This document shows positions 1 through 9,456 of a stretch of DNA of 64,000 nucleotides, in pieces. The translations under genes were made by a program, and so were the position numbers. Location: the NCBI GenBank assembly GCA_963836205.1, contig CAWIIV010000015.1, positions 160,001 to 224,000 on the forward strand, given 5' to 3'. Every line of letters starts with the position of its first letter. The stretch's first letter is position 1. The stretch comes from an uncultured Acidimicrobiia bacterium (GTDB taxonomy: Bacteria > Actinomycetota > Acidimicrobiia > Acidimicrobiales > AC-14). The notes below the pieces were generated by a model. That model was not told the origin of the DNA and did no database searches. It saw only the letters and a program-made list of their open reading frames with translations.

Positions 1-299
1 GCGGTGGGCGCCTCCACCGTGGTGCTGGGGGCGTCGACCGCGAAGAGGGTGCCGCCGGTGGCCGGGGCCGCGGTGACGGTGGTGGTTGCCCGGCTGCCCG
101 CCGCCAGCTGGGTGGTGGGCTCGTCGCCCGGACCGACCACGGAGACGACGCCGGCCACCGCCACGAGGAGGGCGAGGCCGCTCCCGACACCGCCTGCCAG
201 CCGCCGGCGGCGGCGGATGCGCTCGCCCCGGCGCACAACGTCGCCCAGCAGCTCGTCGCGCGAGCGGTTCGGGGCTACGTCGTCATGATTCCAGGCCAA
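1..299 (-). CDS. Putative anti-sigma-type single-pass membrane protein (3' part outside window)
   Basis: Manual translation from TTG at 299 (GAGGTG RBS upstream) gives MAWNHDDVAPNRSRDELLGDVVRRGERIRRRRRLAGGVGSGLALLVAVAGVVSVV followed by a Thr/Ala/Pro-rich segment. It overlaps the end of the ECF sigma gene. Confidence 0.6.
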   Translation of the reverse strand, partial: MAWNHDDVAPNRSRDELLGDVVRRGERIRRRRRLAGGVGSGLALLVAVAGVVSVVGPGDEPTTQLAAGSRATTTVTAAPATGGTLFAVDAPSTTVEAPT

Positions 300-798
300 C
301 GGGGACCACCTCTTCCATGCCGGGACCGAGGCGTGAGCGCAGGGCGCCCAGACCACGGTGGATGTGGGTCTTGACACTGCCCACCGAGATGCCGAGGGCG
401 ACGGCGACCTCGCCGTCGGAGAGGTCGCCCAGGTATCGGAGGGCGACCGCCTGGCGCTGGCGGCGGGGCAGGGAACCGAGGGCCGCCACCAGGGCGACGC
501 GGAGCACGACCAGGTCCTCGGCGTCGGGGCCGGCGGCCACGGGGAGGGCGATCACGTCGGGATGACGGCGGACCCGGTCGACGGCCAGGTTGGCGGCCAC
601 CCGCAACACCCACCCGTCGCGGTATTCGAGGGTGGAGACCCGGGGCCAGTGGGCGTAGGTGCGGGCCAGGGCCTCGGCCGCGATGTCCTCGGCCACGTCG
701 GTGTCGCCGACCAAACGGCGGGCCAACTTGAAGGCGCGGGGGAACAGCTCGTCGAATGCCTGCTCGAATCCTTCGTGTATCGCCGTCGCCCCGGTCAC
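283..798 (-). CDS. ECF (sigma-70 group 4, SigE-like) RNA polymerase sigma factor
   Basis: Region 2 (AEDIAAEALARTY...WVLRVAANLAVD) and region 4 (LPRRQRQAVALRYLGDLS...VAVALGISVGSVKTHIHRGL). Confidence 0.92.
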   Translation of the reverse strand: MTGATAIHEGFEQAFDELFPRAFKLARRLVGDTDVAEDIAAEALARTYAHWPRVSTLEYRDGWVLRVAANLAVDRVRRHPDVIALPVAAGPDAEDLVVLRVALVAALGSLPRRQRQAVALRYLGDLSDGEVAVALGISVGSVKTHIHRGLGALRSRLGPGMEEVVPVGLES

Positions 799-801
799 AA
801 A

Positions 802-1545
802 CTAGGAAACGTCTGGCGGCGGCGTTTCGTTGACACGATGTTGAGATTCCTTCGAGCGGATCTCGCGGCGGCCCTCGGCCTCGTCCAGCAGCCGTTGCAG
901 CTCCCGTTGGAGGGCGTGGGTGAGCTCGTGGGTGGCCTTGCGGGACGGGTGGCGCCGGCCCTCGGGCAGGGGCGCCGGGTACAGCGGCGGGCCGACGATC
1001 ACCCGCACCTTCACCGGACGGGGGATGCGGGCTCCCTTGGGCATCGACCGCTCGGTGCCACCGACGCCGACAGGGACGATCGGCACGCCTGCCCGGCTGG
1101 CGACGTGGGCCGCCCCGTCGTACAGCTCCTCCACCACCGGCCCCGACCGGCGGGTGCCCTCGGGGAAGAGGACGAGCCCGTCTCCCTCGCCCAGGACCTC
1201 GACCGTGCGGCGCAGGGCCTCGCGGTCGACCTTCCCCCGGGCCACCGGGTAGGCGCCCATGGCGGCGATGATCCGCCCGAACCACGGGTACTTCCAGAGC
1301 GATTCCTTGCCCATGAACCGCATCCGCCGCTTGGTGACGACCGACATGAGGGCGAAGTCGAGGTTGGAGCGGTGGACGGGGGCGAGGACGAACGCGCCGG
1401 TGGTGGGCACGTTGTCGAGGCCCTCGTAGGAGGCCCGGAAGTAGAGCCGGCTGAGCACCGACGTCGCGTTGCGGACGATCCAGTACAGGACCAGCCCGAT
1501 CATCCGCATGGTGCTCGGACGCTTCCACCGGCGCAGGCGTTTCAC
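802..1545 (-). CDS. plsC: 1-acyl-sn-glycerol-3-phosphate acyltransferase (lysophospholipid acyltransferase)
   Basis: HRSNLD (HX4D) and LFPEGTR motifs. The GTG start overlaps the restored cmk stop (GTGA at 1542-1545). Confidence 0.88.
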   Translation of the reverse strand: MKRLRRWKRPSTMRMIGLVLYWIVRNATSVLSRLYFRASYEGLDNVPTTGAFVLAPVHRSNLDFALMSVVTKRRMRFMGKESLWKYPWFGRIIAAMGAYPVARGKVDREALRRTVEVLGEGDGLVLFPEGTRRSGPVVEELYDGAAHVASRAGVPIVPVGVGGTERSMPKGARIPRPVKVRVIVGPPLYPAPLPEGRRHPSRKATHELTHALQRELQRLLDEAEGRREIRSKESQHRVNETPPPDVS

Positions 1546-2166
1546 CGGAGAAGGCCCACGATCTCGTCGACCACCTCGTCGACGCTCCGTCCGGTGCTGT
1601 CGATCACCACCGCCCCGTCCGGCACCACCAGCGGCGACACGGCCCGGGTGGAGTCGAGGCGGTCGCGGCGACGGACGTCGTCGGCGTCCTCGTCCGACCG
1701 GCGCTTGGCCCGCTCCTCCGGGCGTGGCCGTCAGGAACACCTTGAGCTCGGCGTCGGGGAAGACCACGCTGCCGATGTCGCGGCCCTCCACCACCGCCCC
1801 CCCGTGGTCCTCGACCCACCGGCGTTGCAGGTCGACCAGCCGGGCCCGCACCTCGGGTACGGCCGCCACCGCGCTCACCAGGCGGCCCACCCAGGGGGTG
1901 CGCATCTCGTCGGTGACGTCCTCCCCGTCGACCAGCACCCGCTCCCCCACCATCCGGAGGTCGATCGCGTCCGCCACCCGGGCCAGGTCGGCCGGTTCGA
2001 GGTCGGGGCCGATCTCGCCCGCCTCGCACCGGCGGAGGACCCCCACCGCCACCGCCCGGTACATCCCTCCCGTCTCCAGGCAGTCGAGACCCAGGCGGCC
2101 GGCGACGGCCCGGGCCACAGTGGACTTTCCGGAGCCCACCGGCCCGTCGATCGCGATCACACGCAT
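1542..2166 (-). CDS. cmk: Cytidylate kinase (one +1 frameshift near 1720, probably a sequencing error)
   Basis: IAIDGPVGSGKSTVA, TGGMYRAVA and VVEGRDIGSVVFPDAELKVFLTA. Removing one base near 1720 restores PEERAKRR...RRRDRLDSTRAVSPLVVPDGAVVIDSTGRSVDEVV. Confidence 0.9.
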
Positions 2167-3413
2167 CGGCGGAGATCATCCTCGAAGCCGGGATAGCTGG
2201 TGGCCACCGCGTCCCAACCGTCGACGACGGTGTCGCCGGCGGCGGCCATGGCGGCCACGGCCATCGCCATGGCCACCCGGTGGTCGCCGTGGGACCGGAC
2301 GTGACCGCCGTGGAGGCCGCCGCCTCCCGTGCCGGTACCGGTCACCGTGAGGCCGTCGTCGGTGGGCTCGACCTTGCCCCCGAGGGCCGACAGCTCGCTG
2401 GTCACGGTGGCCAACCGGTCGCTCTCCTTCACCCGCAGCTCGCCCGCCCCCCGGAAGGTGGTGGTGCCCTCGGCCACGGCCGCGGCCACGGCCAGCACGG
2501 GGATCTCGTCGATCAGGCCCGGGATCTGGTGGCCCTCGACGTCGGTGCCGTGGAGGTCGGGCGAGTAGCGGGCCCGGAGCGACCGCTCCCCCACCCGCTC
2601 GACATCGGCGCCCATGGCGACCAGCACGTCGAGGAACCCGGCCCGGGCCGGACCGAGGTACACGTCGTCGATGACCAGCTCACTGCCGGGGACGATGCAC
2701 GCCGCCACCACCCAGAAGGCGGCCTGGGACGGGTCGCCGGGGACGTCGAGCTCGAACGGGTGGAGGGCCGACGGCCGCAGGCGGACGATGCCGTCGGCCA
2801 CCTCGATGTCGGCGCCGGCCGCGTCCAGCATCTCCTCGGAATGAGCCCGGGTCGGCGTCGACTCCCGCACGACCGTCTCCCCCTCCGCGCTCAAGGCGGC
2901 CAGCAGGATGGCCGCCTTGACCTGGGCGCTGGCCACCGGCATCTGATAGTCGATGCCGTGGAGGCCGCCGCCCCGCACCGTGATCGGCGGCAGGCGCCCG
3001 CCGTCGCTCCCCTCGACCGTGGCCCCCATCAGCCGGAGGGGCTCGGCCACCCGGTCCATCGGCCGGCGGGCGATGGACTCGTCCCCCGAGAGCACCGTCA
3101 CCCAGTCGAAGCCGGCGCACAACCCGGCCAGGAGGCGGATGGTGGTGCCCGAGTTGCCGACGTCGAGCACCCCCGAGGGCTCGTGCAGCCGGGACCGCCC
3201 GCCCGTGACCAGGTGACCGTCGACCACCGCCCCCAGTGCCTGGACCGCGGCCGCGGTGCCGGCCACGTCGGCACCGGGCGAGAGTCCCCGCACCACGGAG
3301 ATTCCCTCGGCGAGGGCGGCCAGGATGAGCGCCCGATGGGAGATCGACTTGTCGCCGGGAACCCGCACCTGTCCCCGCAGCGGCCGTCCCCCCTCGATGC
3401 GGAGGCTGGTCAC
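2157..3413 (-). CDS. aroA: 3-phosphoshikimate 1-carboxyvinyltransferase (EPSP synthase)
   Basis: PGDKSISHRA, DVGNSGTTIRL, RPMDRV, ASAQVK, ELRVKESDRL and HGDHRVAM motifs. The GTG start overlaps the tyrA stop. Confidence 0.96.
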   Translation of the reverse strand: MTSLRIEGGRPLRGQVRVPGDKSISHRALILAALAEGISVVRGLSPGADVAGTAAAVQALGAVVDGHLVTGGRSRLHEPSGVLDVGNSGTTIRLLAGLCAGFDWVTVLSGDESIARRPMDRVAEPLRLMGATVEGSDGGRLPPITVRGGGLHGIDYQMPVASAQVKAAILLAALSAEGETVVRESTPTRAHSEEMLDAAGADIEVADGIVRLRPSALHPFELDVPGDPSQAAFWVVAACIVPGSELVIDDVYLGPARAGFLDVLVAMGADVERVGERSLRARYSPDLHGTDVEGHQIPGLIDEIPVLAVAAAVAEGTTTFRGAGELRVKESDRLATVTSELSALGGKVEPTDDGLTVTGTGTGGGGLHGGHVRSHGDHRVAMAMAVAAMAAAGDTVVDGWDAVATSYPGFEDDLRRCV

Positions 3414-4468
3414 GCGAGGGCCCGCCACGACGGCCGGAAGCCCCGATCGGTGAGGGCGGCCCGCACGTCGTCCACCGCCTCCCGGCGTACGACCATCACC
3501 AGCACGCCCTGGGGCCCCTCGACCGAGTGGGCGATCTCCAGGTCGACGATGTTGACGCCCATCTCGCCCAGCAGGGTGGTGACCTCGGCCAGGACTCCCG
3601 GGCGGTCGGGGACGGGCACCCGCACCTCGGCCAGGTCGTCGGGCACCGGCACCCGGGCGGGCAGGTTCACCCGGGCCGCCCGGGCCCGTTCCAGCTCCAC
3701 CAGGAGGCCGTCGCGGTCGCCCGTGGCCACCAGGTCGCGCATGCCGGCCAGGGCCGCCAGCAGGCGGTCGAGGGAGGCCACGATGGCGTCGCGGTTCTCG
3801 GCGCAGATGTCGGGCCAGATGGCGGGCGAGCCGGCGGCCACCCGGGTCATGTCGCGGAACCCGCCCGCGGCCAGCCGGAGGACGGCCGCGTGCTCCTCCC
3901 CCCGGTCGGCGGCCAGGGCCATGAGGGTGGCCGCGGTCAGGTGGGGGACGTGGGAGACGAGCGCCACCAGCTCGTCGTGGCGCTCGGGCGGGAGGGCGAC
4001 CACGTCGGCACCCAGGGACGTGACGACGGAGCGGACGCGGGCGAAAGCGTTGGGGTCGGTGTCGACGGTGGGCGTGAGGACCCATGTGGCCCCCTCGAAG
4101 AGGCCGGCGTCGGCCCCGTCGACCCCTTCCTGCTCGGAGCCGGCCATCGGGTGCCCGCCCACGAACCGGGGGTCGGCGACCGCCGCCGCCAACGGCCCCT
4201 TCACGCTCCCGACGTCGGTGACCAGCCCGCTGCCGGCCGCCAGGGCCGCTCGCGCCTCGCCGGGGATGGATGACACCGGCGTGCACACGAAGGTCACGTC
4301 GGCGTCGGGGTCGTCGCCCACCGCGTCGAGGGCGCCGAGGACGAGCGCCCGCTCCGCCCGCTCCTGGTTGGCGTCGCGGCCCGTCACGTGCCATCCCCGG
4401 GCTCGTAGGGCCAAGCCGATGGAGCCGCCGATGAGCCCCGTCCCGATCACGACCGCCCGGTCGGTCAC
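3410..4468 (-). CDS. tyrA: Prephenate dehydrogenase with C-terminal ACT domain
   Basis: GTGLIGGS Rossmann motif, TDVGSVK, GGHPMAGSE, HDELVALVSHVPH, GGFRDMTRVA, and ACT motif DRPGVLAEV. Confidence 0.93.
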   Translation of the reverse strand: MTDRAVVIGTGLIGGSIGLALRARGWHVTGRDANQERAERALVLGALDAVGDDPDADVTFVCTPVSSIPGEARAALAAGSGLVTDVGSVKGPLAAAVADPRFVGGHPMAGSEQEGVDGADAGLFEGATWVLTPTVDTDPNAFARVRSVVTSLGADVVALPPERHDELVALVSHVPHLTAATLMALAADRGEEHAAVLRLAAGGFRDMTRVAAGSPAIWPDICAENRDAIVASLDRLLAALAGMRDLVATGDRDGLLVELERARAARVNLPARVPVPDDLAEVRVPVPDRPGVLAEVTTLLGEMGVNIVDLEIAHSVEGPQGVLVMVVRREAVDDVRAALTDRGFRPSWRALA

Positions 4469-4833
4469 ACCGGCAGGTCGTCGTTCAGACCGGCCGCCCC
4501 CTCCAGGTAGACGTGGCGCAGCTCCGACCGCGGCCGCTCGGTGGACAGGTGCATGAGGACCCGGATGCACCGGGGGGTGCCGTGGGGGACGCTCAGCTCC
4601 CGGGCCGAGAGAAGGGGGACGTCGCCCAGCCCCATGAGCCGGGCCGGGGTGGCGGGGAAGGTAGCGGTGAGGTCGTCGGTGGCGGTGAAGAGGATGCTGA
4701 TCAGGTCGTCCTTGTCCACCTGGTTGCGGGTGATCATCTCCGTGATGAGGGTCTGGACGGCCTTGGTGATGGCCGCCTCGGTGTCGGACTCGACCGTGGT
4801 CGCGCCCCGCAGAGCTCGAACCGCAGCAGGCAT
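4465..4833 (-). CDS. aroH: Chorismate mutase, AroH class
   Basis: VRALRGATT, FTATDDL...FPA and CIRVL...HVYLEGA motifs. Confidence 0.93.
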   Translation of the reverse strand: MPAAVRALRGATTVESDTEAAITKAVQTLITEMITRNQVDKDDLISILFTATDDLTATFPATPARLMGLGDVPLLSARELSVPHGTPRCIRVLMHLSTERPRSELRHVYLEGAAGLNDDLPV

Positions 4834-4839
4834 GGGACG

Positions 4840-4845
4840 AATGTA
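4840..4845 (-). promoter_or_regulatory. Putative -10 element (TACATT) for a leaderless aroH transcript
   Basis: TANNNT hexamer 6 nt upstream of the ATG at 4833; no SD sequence. Confidence 0.45.
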
Positions 4846-4914
4846 CCTGCGCTGGGCACCGGTGGGGGCGGTCGGAGACGTCCCGACGATGTAGTCGGCG
4901 ACGCGGTGACTATG

Positions 4915-4920
4915 TACTAT
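4915..4920 (+). promoter_or_regulatory. Putative -10 element (TACTAT) for a leaderless vapBC transcript
   Basis: TANNNT hexamer 6 nt upstream of GTG 4927, inside an actatg-t-actatg repeat that could be an autorepressor site. Confidence 0.45.
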
Positions 4921-4926
4921 GAGGGC

Positions 4927-5160
4927 GTGAAGACGATCACCATCACCATCCCGGAGGATCTCGACGACCGGGCCGCGTCCGAGGCGCGAAGGCGTGGGAT
5001 CTCGAAGTCCGAGTTGATCAGGCGAGGCCTCGACGCGGTTCTCCCCGCGGTGCCGGCGGGGCAGCCGGACGACGACCCGTGGCGCACGCTCGCGGGATTC
5101 GGGAGCCCGGGCACCTCGGTCGGGCCGGGTGAGATCGACCAGGTCGTCTACGGCGGTTGA
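4927..5160 (+). CDS. vapB: CopG/ribbon-helix-helix antitoxin (VapB-like)
   Basis: KTITITIPEDLDDRAASEARRRGISKSELIRRGL fits an RHH pattern; 4-bp overlap with the PIN gene. Alternative ATG at 4912. Confidence 0.8.
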   Translation: MKTITITIPEDLDDRAASEARRRGISKSELIRRGLDAVLPAVPAGQPDDDPWRTLAGFGSPGTSVGPGEIDQVVYGG

Positions 5161-5573
5161 AGTTCGCAGACACAGGGTGGTGGGTGGCCTGGACCCTCCC
5201 GCACGACGGTCGCCACGGTGACGCCATCGGGATGCTGGTGACGGTTGGGCGTACAGAACAGGTGATCACCACCAACCTCGTCGTCGGTGAGACTTGGACG
5301 TTCCTCCGACGTAAGGACAGCCACCGGACGGCCCTGGCGTTCGTCGACCGCGTCGAGGCCCTCAGGGCCGACGGACGCCTGGTGGTGCACCGGGTCACCG
5401 AGGAGCAGGAGGCGGCGGCCTGGGACTGGCTCCGACGGCACGACGAACGCGTCTACTCCTTCGTGGACTCCACGAGTTTCCGGGTGATGCGCGACCGTCG
5501 ACTCCGGGAGGCGCTCGCCTTCGACCACGATTTCCTGGCCGCCGGCTTTCTGGAGGTGCGAGGGCGATCCTGA
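5157..5573 (+). CDS. vapC: PIN-domain toxin (VapC)
   Basis: FADTG, VVGET, SFVDSTSF and AFDHDF acidic PIN motifs. Confidence 0.9.
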   Translation: MKFADTGWWVAWTLPHDGRHGDAIGMLVTVGRTEQVITTNLVVGETWTFLRRKDSHRTALAFVDRVEALRADGRLVVHRVTEEQEAAAWDWLRRHDERVYSFVDSTSFRVMRDRRLREALAFDHDFLAAGFLEVRGRS

Positions 5574-5587
5574 GCGGCGGGCGGCGG

Positions 5588-6370
5588 CTAGCGGTTGGCC
5601 CGGTTCGACGGCTGGCGGCGGGTGCGGACCTCGGCCACCGACTCCTCCAGGCCCCGGACCTCTTCCGGCGTGAGGGGCCGCCACTCGCCGGGGGCGAGGG
5701 CGCGGTCGCTCACCGGGCCGATGCGCACCCGCACCAGGCGCACCACGTGGTGGCCGACGGCGGCCAGCATCCGCCGGACCTGGCGGTTGCGGCCCTCGTG
5801 GATGGTGAGCTTGAGGATGCGGGGCTCCACGGTCGACGCCCGGGCCGGCGTCGTCATCCCGTCGTCGAGCATGACGCCCGTCCGCAGCTGGCGGACCTGG
5901 CCGGCGGTGGGGATGCCGTCGACCTCGACCAGGTACTCCTTCTCCACCCCGTAGGAGGGGTGGGCCAGCCGGTGGGCCAGGTCGCCGTCGTTGGTGAAGA
6001 TGATGAGGCCCTCGGTGTCGGCGTCGAGCCGGCCGACGGAGAACACACGCGGCTCGCGGGGCATCAGATCGAGTGCCGTCGCCCGGCCCTGGGGGTCGGA
6101 CGCGGTGACGACGGCCCCCTTGGGCTTGTTGAGCAGGTAGTACACAAGCCCCGGCCGCACCGAAACGGGCACCCCATCCACGGCCACCTCGGCCACGTCG
6201 GGGTCGACCCGTCGCCCGAGGATGGCGACCTCGCCGTCGACGGTGACCCGCCCCTCCTCGATCAGCTCCTCGCACGACCGCCGGCTGCCGAACCCGACTG
6301 CGGCCAGCACCTTCTGCAACCTGTCCCCCGAGGGCAGTTCAGGATCAGTCAAGGGCCCCTGGTCAGTCAA
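5588..6370 (-). CDS. rluB: Ribosomal large subunit pseudouridine synthase (RluB/RsuA family)
   Basis: S4 domain RLQKVLA...SRRSCEELI; LNKPKG, GRLDADTEG and EGRNRQVRRM motifs; lies downstream of scpB. Confidence 0.92.
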   Translation of the reverse strand: MTDQGPLTDPELPSGDRLQKVLAAVGFGSRRSCEELIEEGRVTVDGEVAILGRRVDPDVAEVAVDGVPVSVRPGLVYYLLNKPKGAVVTASDPQGRATALDLMPREPRVFSVGRLDADTEGLIIFTNDGDLAHRLAHPSYGVEKEYLVEVDGIPTAGQVRQLRTGVMLDDGMTTPARASTVEPRILKLTIHEGRNRQVRRMLAAVGHHVVRLVRVRIGPVSDRALAPGEWRPLTPEEVRGLEESVAEVRTRRQPSNRANR

Positions 6371-6941
6371 GGGACGACGTCCCGCTGCCGAGGGCCTTCT
6401 CGATGGCTTCCACCATCTCCGGGCCCGGGACGAAGCTGGAGAGGGGTGGCAGGTCGGCTATGGAGTCGACGCCCAGCTTCTCGAGGAACAGGCGGGTGGT
6501 GCCGTAGAGGACGGCCTGGCCGGGGCCGGGGTCGCGGCCGACCTCCTCGATGTAGCCCCGGTGGGCCAGGGTGCGCATGACGGCGTCGGCGTTGACGCCC
6601 CGCACCGACGCCACCTGGGGCCGGGAGACCGGCTGGCGGTAGGCGACGACGGCCAGCGTCTCCAGGGCCGCGCCCGACAGGCGGGCGGGCTGGCCGTCGA
6701 GCACGAAGCGCTCCACGTACGGGGCCAGGTCGGGATGGGTCTGGAGCCGGTAGCCGCCCGCCACCCGGGCCAGCACGAAGCCCCGCTCCTCGTCGCCGTA
6801 GGCCGCGGCCAGGGCCGCGCACTCCTCGTCGATCCGGGCCGGGCTCACCTCCAGCAGTTGGGCCAGCAGGTGGGGCTCCACCGGCTCCTCGGCCACCAGC
6901 AGGACCGCCTCCAGGGCTCGGGTGAGCTCGCTACGAGCCAT
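6363..6941 (-). CDS. scpB: SMC-Scp complex subunit ScpB
   Basis: LSGAALETLAVVAYRQPVSR...RGVN and LYGTTRLFLEKLG motifs. Confidence 0.95.
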   Translation of the reverse strand: MARSELTRALEAVLLVAEEPVEPHLLAQLLEVSPARIDEECAALAAAYGDEERGFVLARVAGGYRLQTHPDLAPYVERFVLDGQPARLSGAALETLAVVAYRQPVSRPQVASVRGVNADAVMRTLAHRGYIEEVGRDPGPGQAVLYGTTRLFLEKLGVDSIADLPPLSSFVPGPEMVEAIEKALGSGTSSLD

Positions 6942-7713
6942 AGCTGTCGGCCCCCGCGGCCAGGGACGATGCGACCTCGTCGCCTCCAGTCCACATGATG
7001 CGCAGCTCGCCGAAGGTCGACGCCTGGTCGAGCTCGACCAGGCCCTGCTTGTAGAGCTCGAGGACGGCGAGGAAGCGCACCACCACGTCGATGCGGGCGT
7101 CGAGGCCGGCGGTGACGTCCCGGAAGGTGGTGGTGCCGGCGGCGGGGATGGTGGCCAGGAGCTCGGCGACGGCGTCGCCCACCGAGATCCGGATCGGCGT
7201 CATGTGGACGATGGACACCTTGGGCGGCGGCCTGGGGCTGGCCGCCCGTACCAGGGCCCGGGCCAGGTCGGCGGGCGTGACGCCGGCCAGGAGGTCGGGG
7301 GCAAGGGCCAGGAACCAGGGCTCGGGACCGGCGGTGCGGGGAGCGCTGCGGGCGCCGGCGTCGAGCATGCGGGCCAGGTTCTCGCCGGCCTGGGAGAAGG
7401 TCTTGCACTCCAGCAGCTGGGCCAGCAACAGGTCGCGCTGCTCGAACAGGGCCAGATCGTCGTCGTCGATGCCTTCGCCGGGGGCCTGGGGAAGGAGCCG
7501 CCGGGCCTTGAGCTCGACCAGCGTGGCCGCGATGAGCAGGAACTCGGTGGCCGTCTCCAGGTCGAGGGGGCCCATGCGGTCGAGCTCGGCCAGGTAGGCA
7601 TCGACGATGGCGGAGAGCGACACCTCGTAGAGGTCGACCTCCTGGCGGGCGATCAGGTGGAGCAGCAGGTCGAACGGCCCTTCGAAGACCTCGGTGCGGA
7701 CCTCGTACGGCAC
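6931..7713 (-). CDS. scpA: Segregation and condensation protein A
   Basis: FEGPFDLLLHLI, EFLLIAATLVELKARRLLP and FLAVLELYKQG motifs. Confidence 0.95.
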   Translation of the reverse strand: MPYEVRTEVFEGPFDLLLHLIARQEVDLYEVSLSAIVDAYLAELDRMGPLDLETATEFLLIAATLVELKARRLLPQAPGEGIDDDDLALFEQRDLLLAQLLECKTFSQAGENLARMLDAGARSAPRTAGPEPWFLALAPDLLAGVTPADLARALVRAASPRPPPKVSIVHMTPIRISVGDAVAELLATIPAAGTTTFRDVTAGLDARIDVVVRFLAVLELYKQGLVELDQASTFGELRIMWTGGDEVASSLAAGADSYGS

Positions 7714-7784
7714 GGTCACCGACACTACCGGCGGAGGCCCTCCGCCCGGCGCATACCATCGCCCTCCATGGAGGAGCTGTAGGC

Positions 7785-8768
7785 ATGGCACGGGTGCTCT
7801 CGGGAATCAAGCCCACCGGACGCGTCCATCTCGGCAACTACCTGGGCGCCCTCCGGCACTGGGTGACCGAGCAACACGAGTCCGACAGCTTCTACACGGT
7901 GGTCGACCTCCACGCCCTCACCATCGAGCACGACCCCGTCCAGCTGCGGGAACGCACCCTGGAGCTGGCCCGGGTGCTGGTGGCCGTCGGACTCGACCCC
8001 GACGTGGCCACCCTGTTCATCCAGAGCCACGTGGCCGAGCATGCCGAGCTGAGCTGGCTGATGGAGGCCACCGTCACCTACGGCGAGCTGCACCGGATGA
8101 TCCAGTTCAAGGAGAAGTCGAGCGGCCAGGAGTCGGTCCGGGCGGCCCTGCTCACCTATCCCGCCCTCATGGCGGCCGACATCCTCCTCTACGACGCCGA
8201 CCGCGTCCCCGTGGGCGAGGACCAGCGCCAGCACCTCGAGCTTGCCCGCGACCTGGCCATCCGCTTCAACCACCACTACGGGGCGACGTTCGTGGTGCCG
8301 GAGGCCGCCGTCCCCACCGTCGGGGCCAGGATCATGGACCTCCAGGACCCGACGTCGAAGATGGGCAAGTCGTCGGTGTCGGGGGCGGGCACCGTCTACC
8401 TGCTCGACGATCCCGCGGAGGTGGTCAAGAAGGTGCGGCGGGCCGTCACCGACGCCGAGGCCGACGTCGGCTTCGACGTGGAGAACAAGCCCGGCGTGTC
8501 GAACCTGCTGTCGATCCTGGGCGCGGCCACCGGCCGGTCCCCCCAGGAGGCGGCAGCCGGCTACAGCCAGTACGGCGCCCTCAAGGCCGACACCGCCGAC
8601 GCCGTGGTCGAGCTGCTCCGACCGATCCAGGAGCGTTACCGGGAGCTGGCCGCCGACCCCGGCGCCACCGGCGCCATCCTCCGCAAGGGCGCTCAGAAGG
8701 CGGAACAGGTGGCGTCGGCCACCCTCTCGCGGGCCCAAATGGCGATCGGGCTCCTTCCGCCCTCGTAG
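7785..8768 (+). CDS. trpS: Tryptophan--tRNA ligase
   Basis: SGIKPTGRVHLGNYLG (HIGH-like), YPALMAADIL, VPVGEDQRQHLE and KMGKS (KMSKS-like). Confidence 0.96.
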   Translation: MARVLSGIKPTGRVHLGNYLGALRHWVTEQHESDSFYTVVDLHALTIEHDPVQLRERTLELARVLVAVGLDPDVATLFIQSHVAEHAELSWLMEATVTYGELHRMIQFKEKSSGQESVRAALLTYPALMAADILLYDADRVPVGEDQRQHLELARDLAIRFNHHYGATFVVPEAAVPTVGARIMDLQDPTSKMGKSSVSGAGTVYLLDDPAEVVKKVRRAVTDAEADVGFDVENKPGVSNLLSILGAATGRSPQEAAAGYSQYGALKADTADAVVELLRPIQERYRELAADPGATGAILRKGAQKAEQVASATLSRAQMAIGLLPPS

Positions 8769-8787
8769 CGCGCGTACTGTGTGCGCC

Positions 8788-9411
8788 GTGAGACGAGGAC
8801 TACGCCCCGCGTTCGCAGCCGTCATCGTTCCCCTCGTCCTTCTCGCCGGCTGTGGCAGTGACCCAAAGGCCCCCGACACCGACGCCCCCGCCGGCTTCAC
8901 GGTGGCGAAGGACGACAGCGCCGGCTTCGCCGTCGCCATCCCGGCCGACTGGCTGAAGATCCCCCTGAGCGAGGACCTCTCCGAGTTCAACGAGGGCGCC
9001 AACAAGCTGCGGCTCGAGAATCCCAACCTCGGCACCGCCATCGTGCTCGCCCGCAGCCTGGCCCAGGCCGGCGGCCGGCTCTTCGCCGTCGACCGCGAGG
9101 GCACGTCGATCGTGAACCTCACCGTCGGCAAGGCCAAGGAGAAGACGCTCGACGAGATCATGATCGCCACCAAGCCGGCCCTCACCGAGCGGGCGGGGGC
9201 CACCGAGATGTCGGACGAGGCCGTCAGCCTGCCGGCCGGGCCCGCCACCCGCCTGCGGTTCAAGCTGCCGCTGGAGAGCGGCGGCGAGACCGTCATCCTC
9301 GACGAGACGCAGTTCTACCTGCTCAAGGACGGCAAGGCCTACATCCTCACCATCGTGTCGGCCGACCCCGCCCTCGGCACCACCGTGGCCGACACCCTCC
9401 GCATCCGCTAA
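8788..9411 (+). CDS. Lipoprotein, PsbP/DcrB-like fold possible
   Basis: Lipobox LLAGC after a hydrophobic stretch; GFAVAIPADW and terminal GKAYILT...DTLRI pattern. Confidence 0.65.
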   Translation: MRRGLRPAFAAVIVPLVLLAGCGSDPKAPDTDAPAGFTVAKDDSAGFAVAIPADWLKIPLSEDLSEFNEGANKLRLENPNLGTAIVLARSLAQAGGRLFAVDREGTSIVNLTVGKAKEKTLDEIMIATKPALTERAGATEMSDEAVSLPAGPATRLRFKLPLESGGETVILDETQFYLLKDGKAYILTIVSADPALGTTVADTLRIR

Positions 9412-9456
9412 CCGGCCGAGCGGGCCTTGCCGTCCGCCGGCCGGGTGCCGGGCCGC

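Noticed and set aside
802-2166. Apparent Cmk-PlsC fusion protein (454-aa ORF)
   Set aside because: The junction is out-of-frame nonsense. A one-base correction near 1720 restores the normal Cmk C-terminus and a stop at 1542 overlapping the plsC start.
2157-4394. 745-aa ORF suggesting an N-terminally extended AroA
   Set aside because: The extension is an alternative frame of tyrA; AroA homology starts at GTG 3413.
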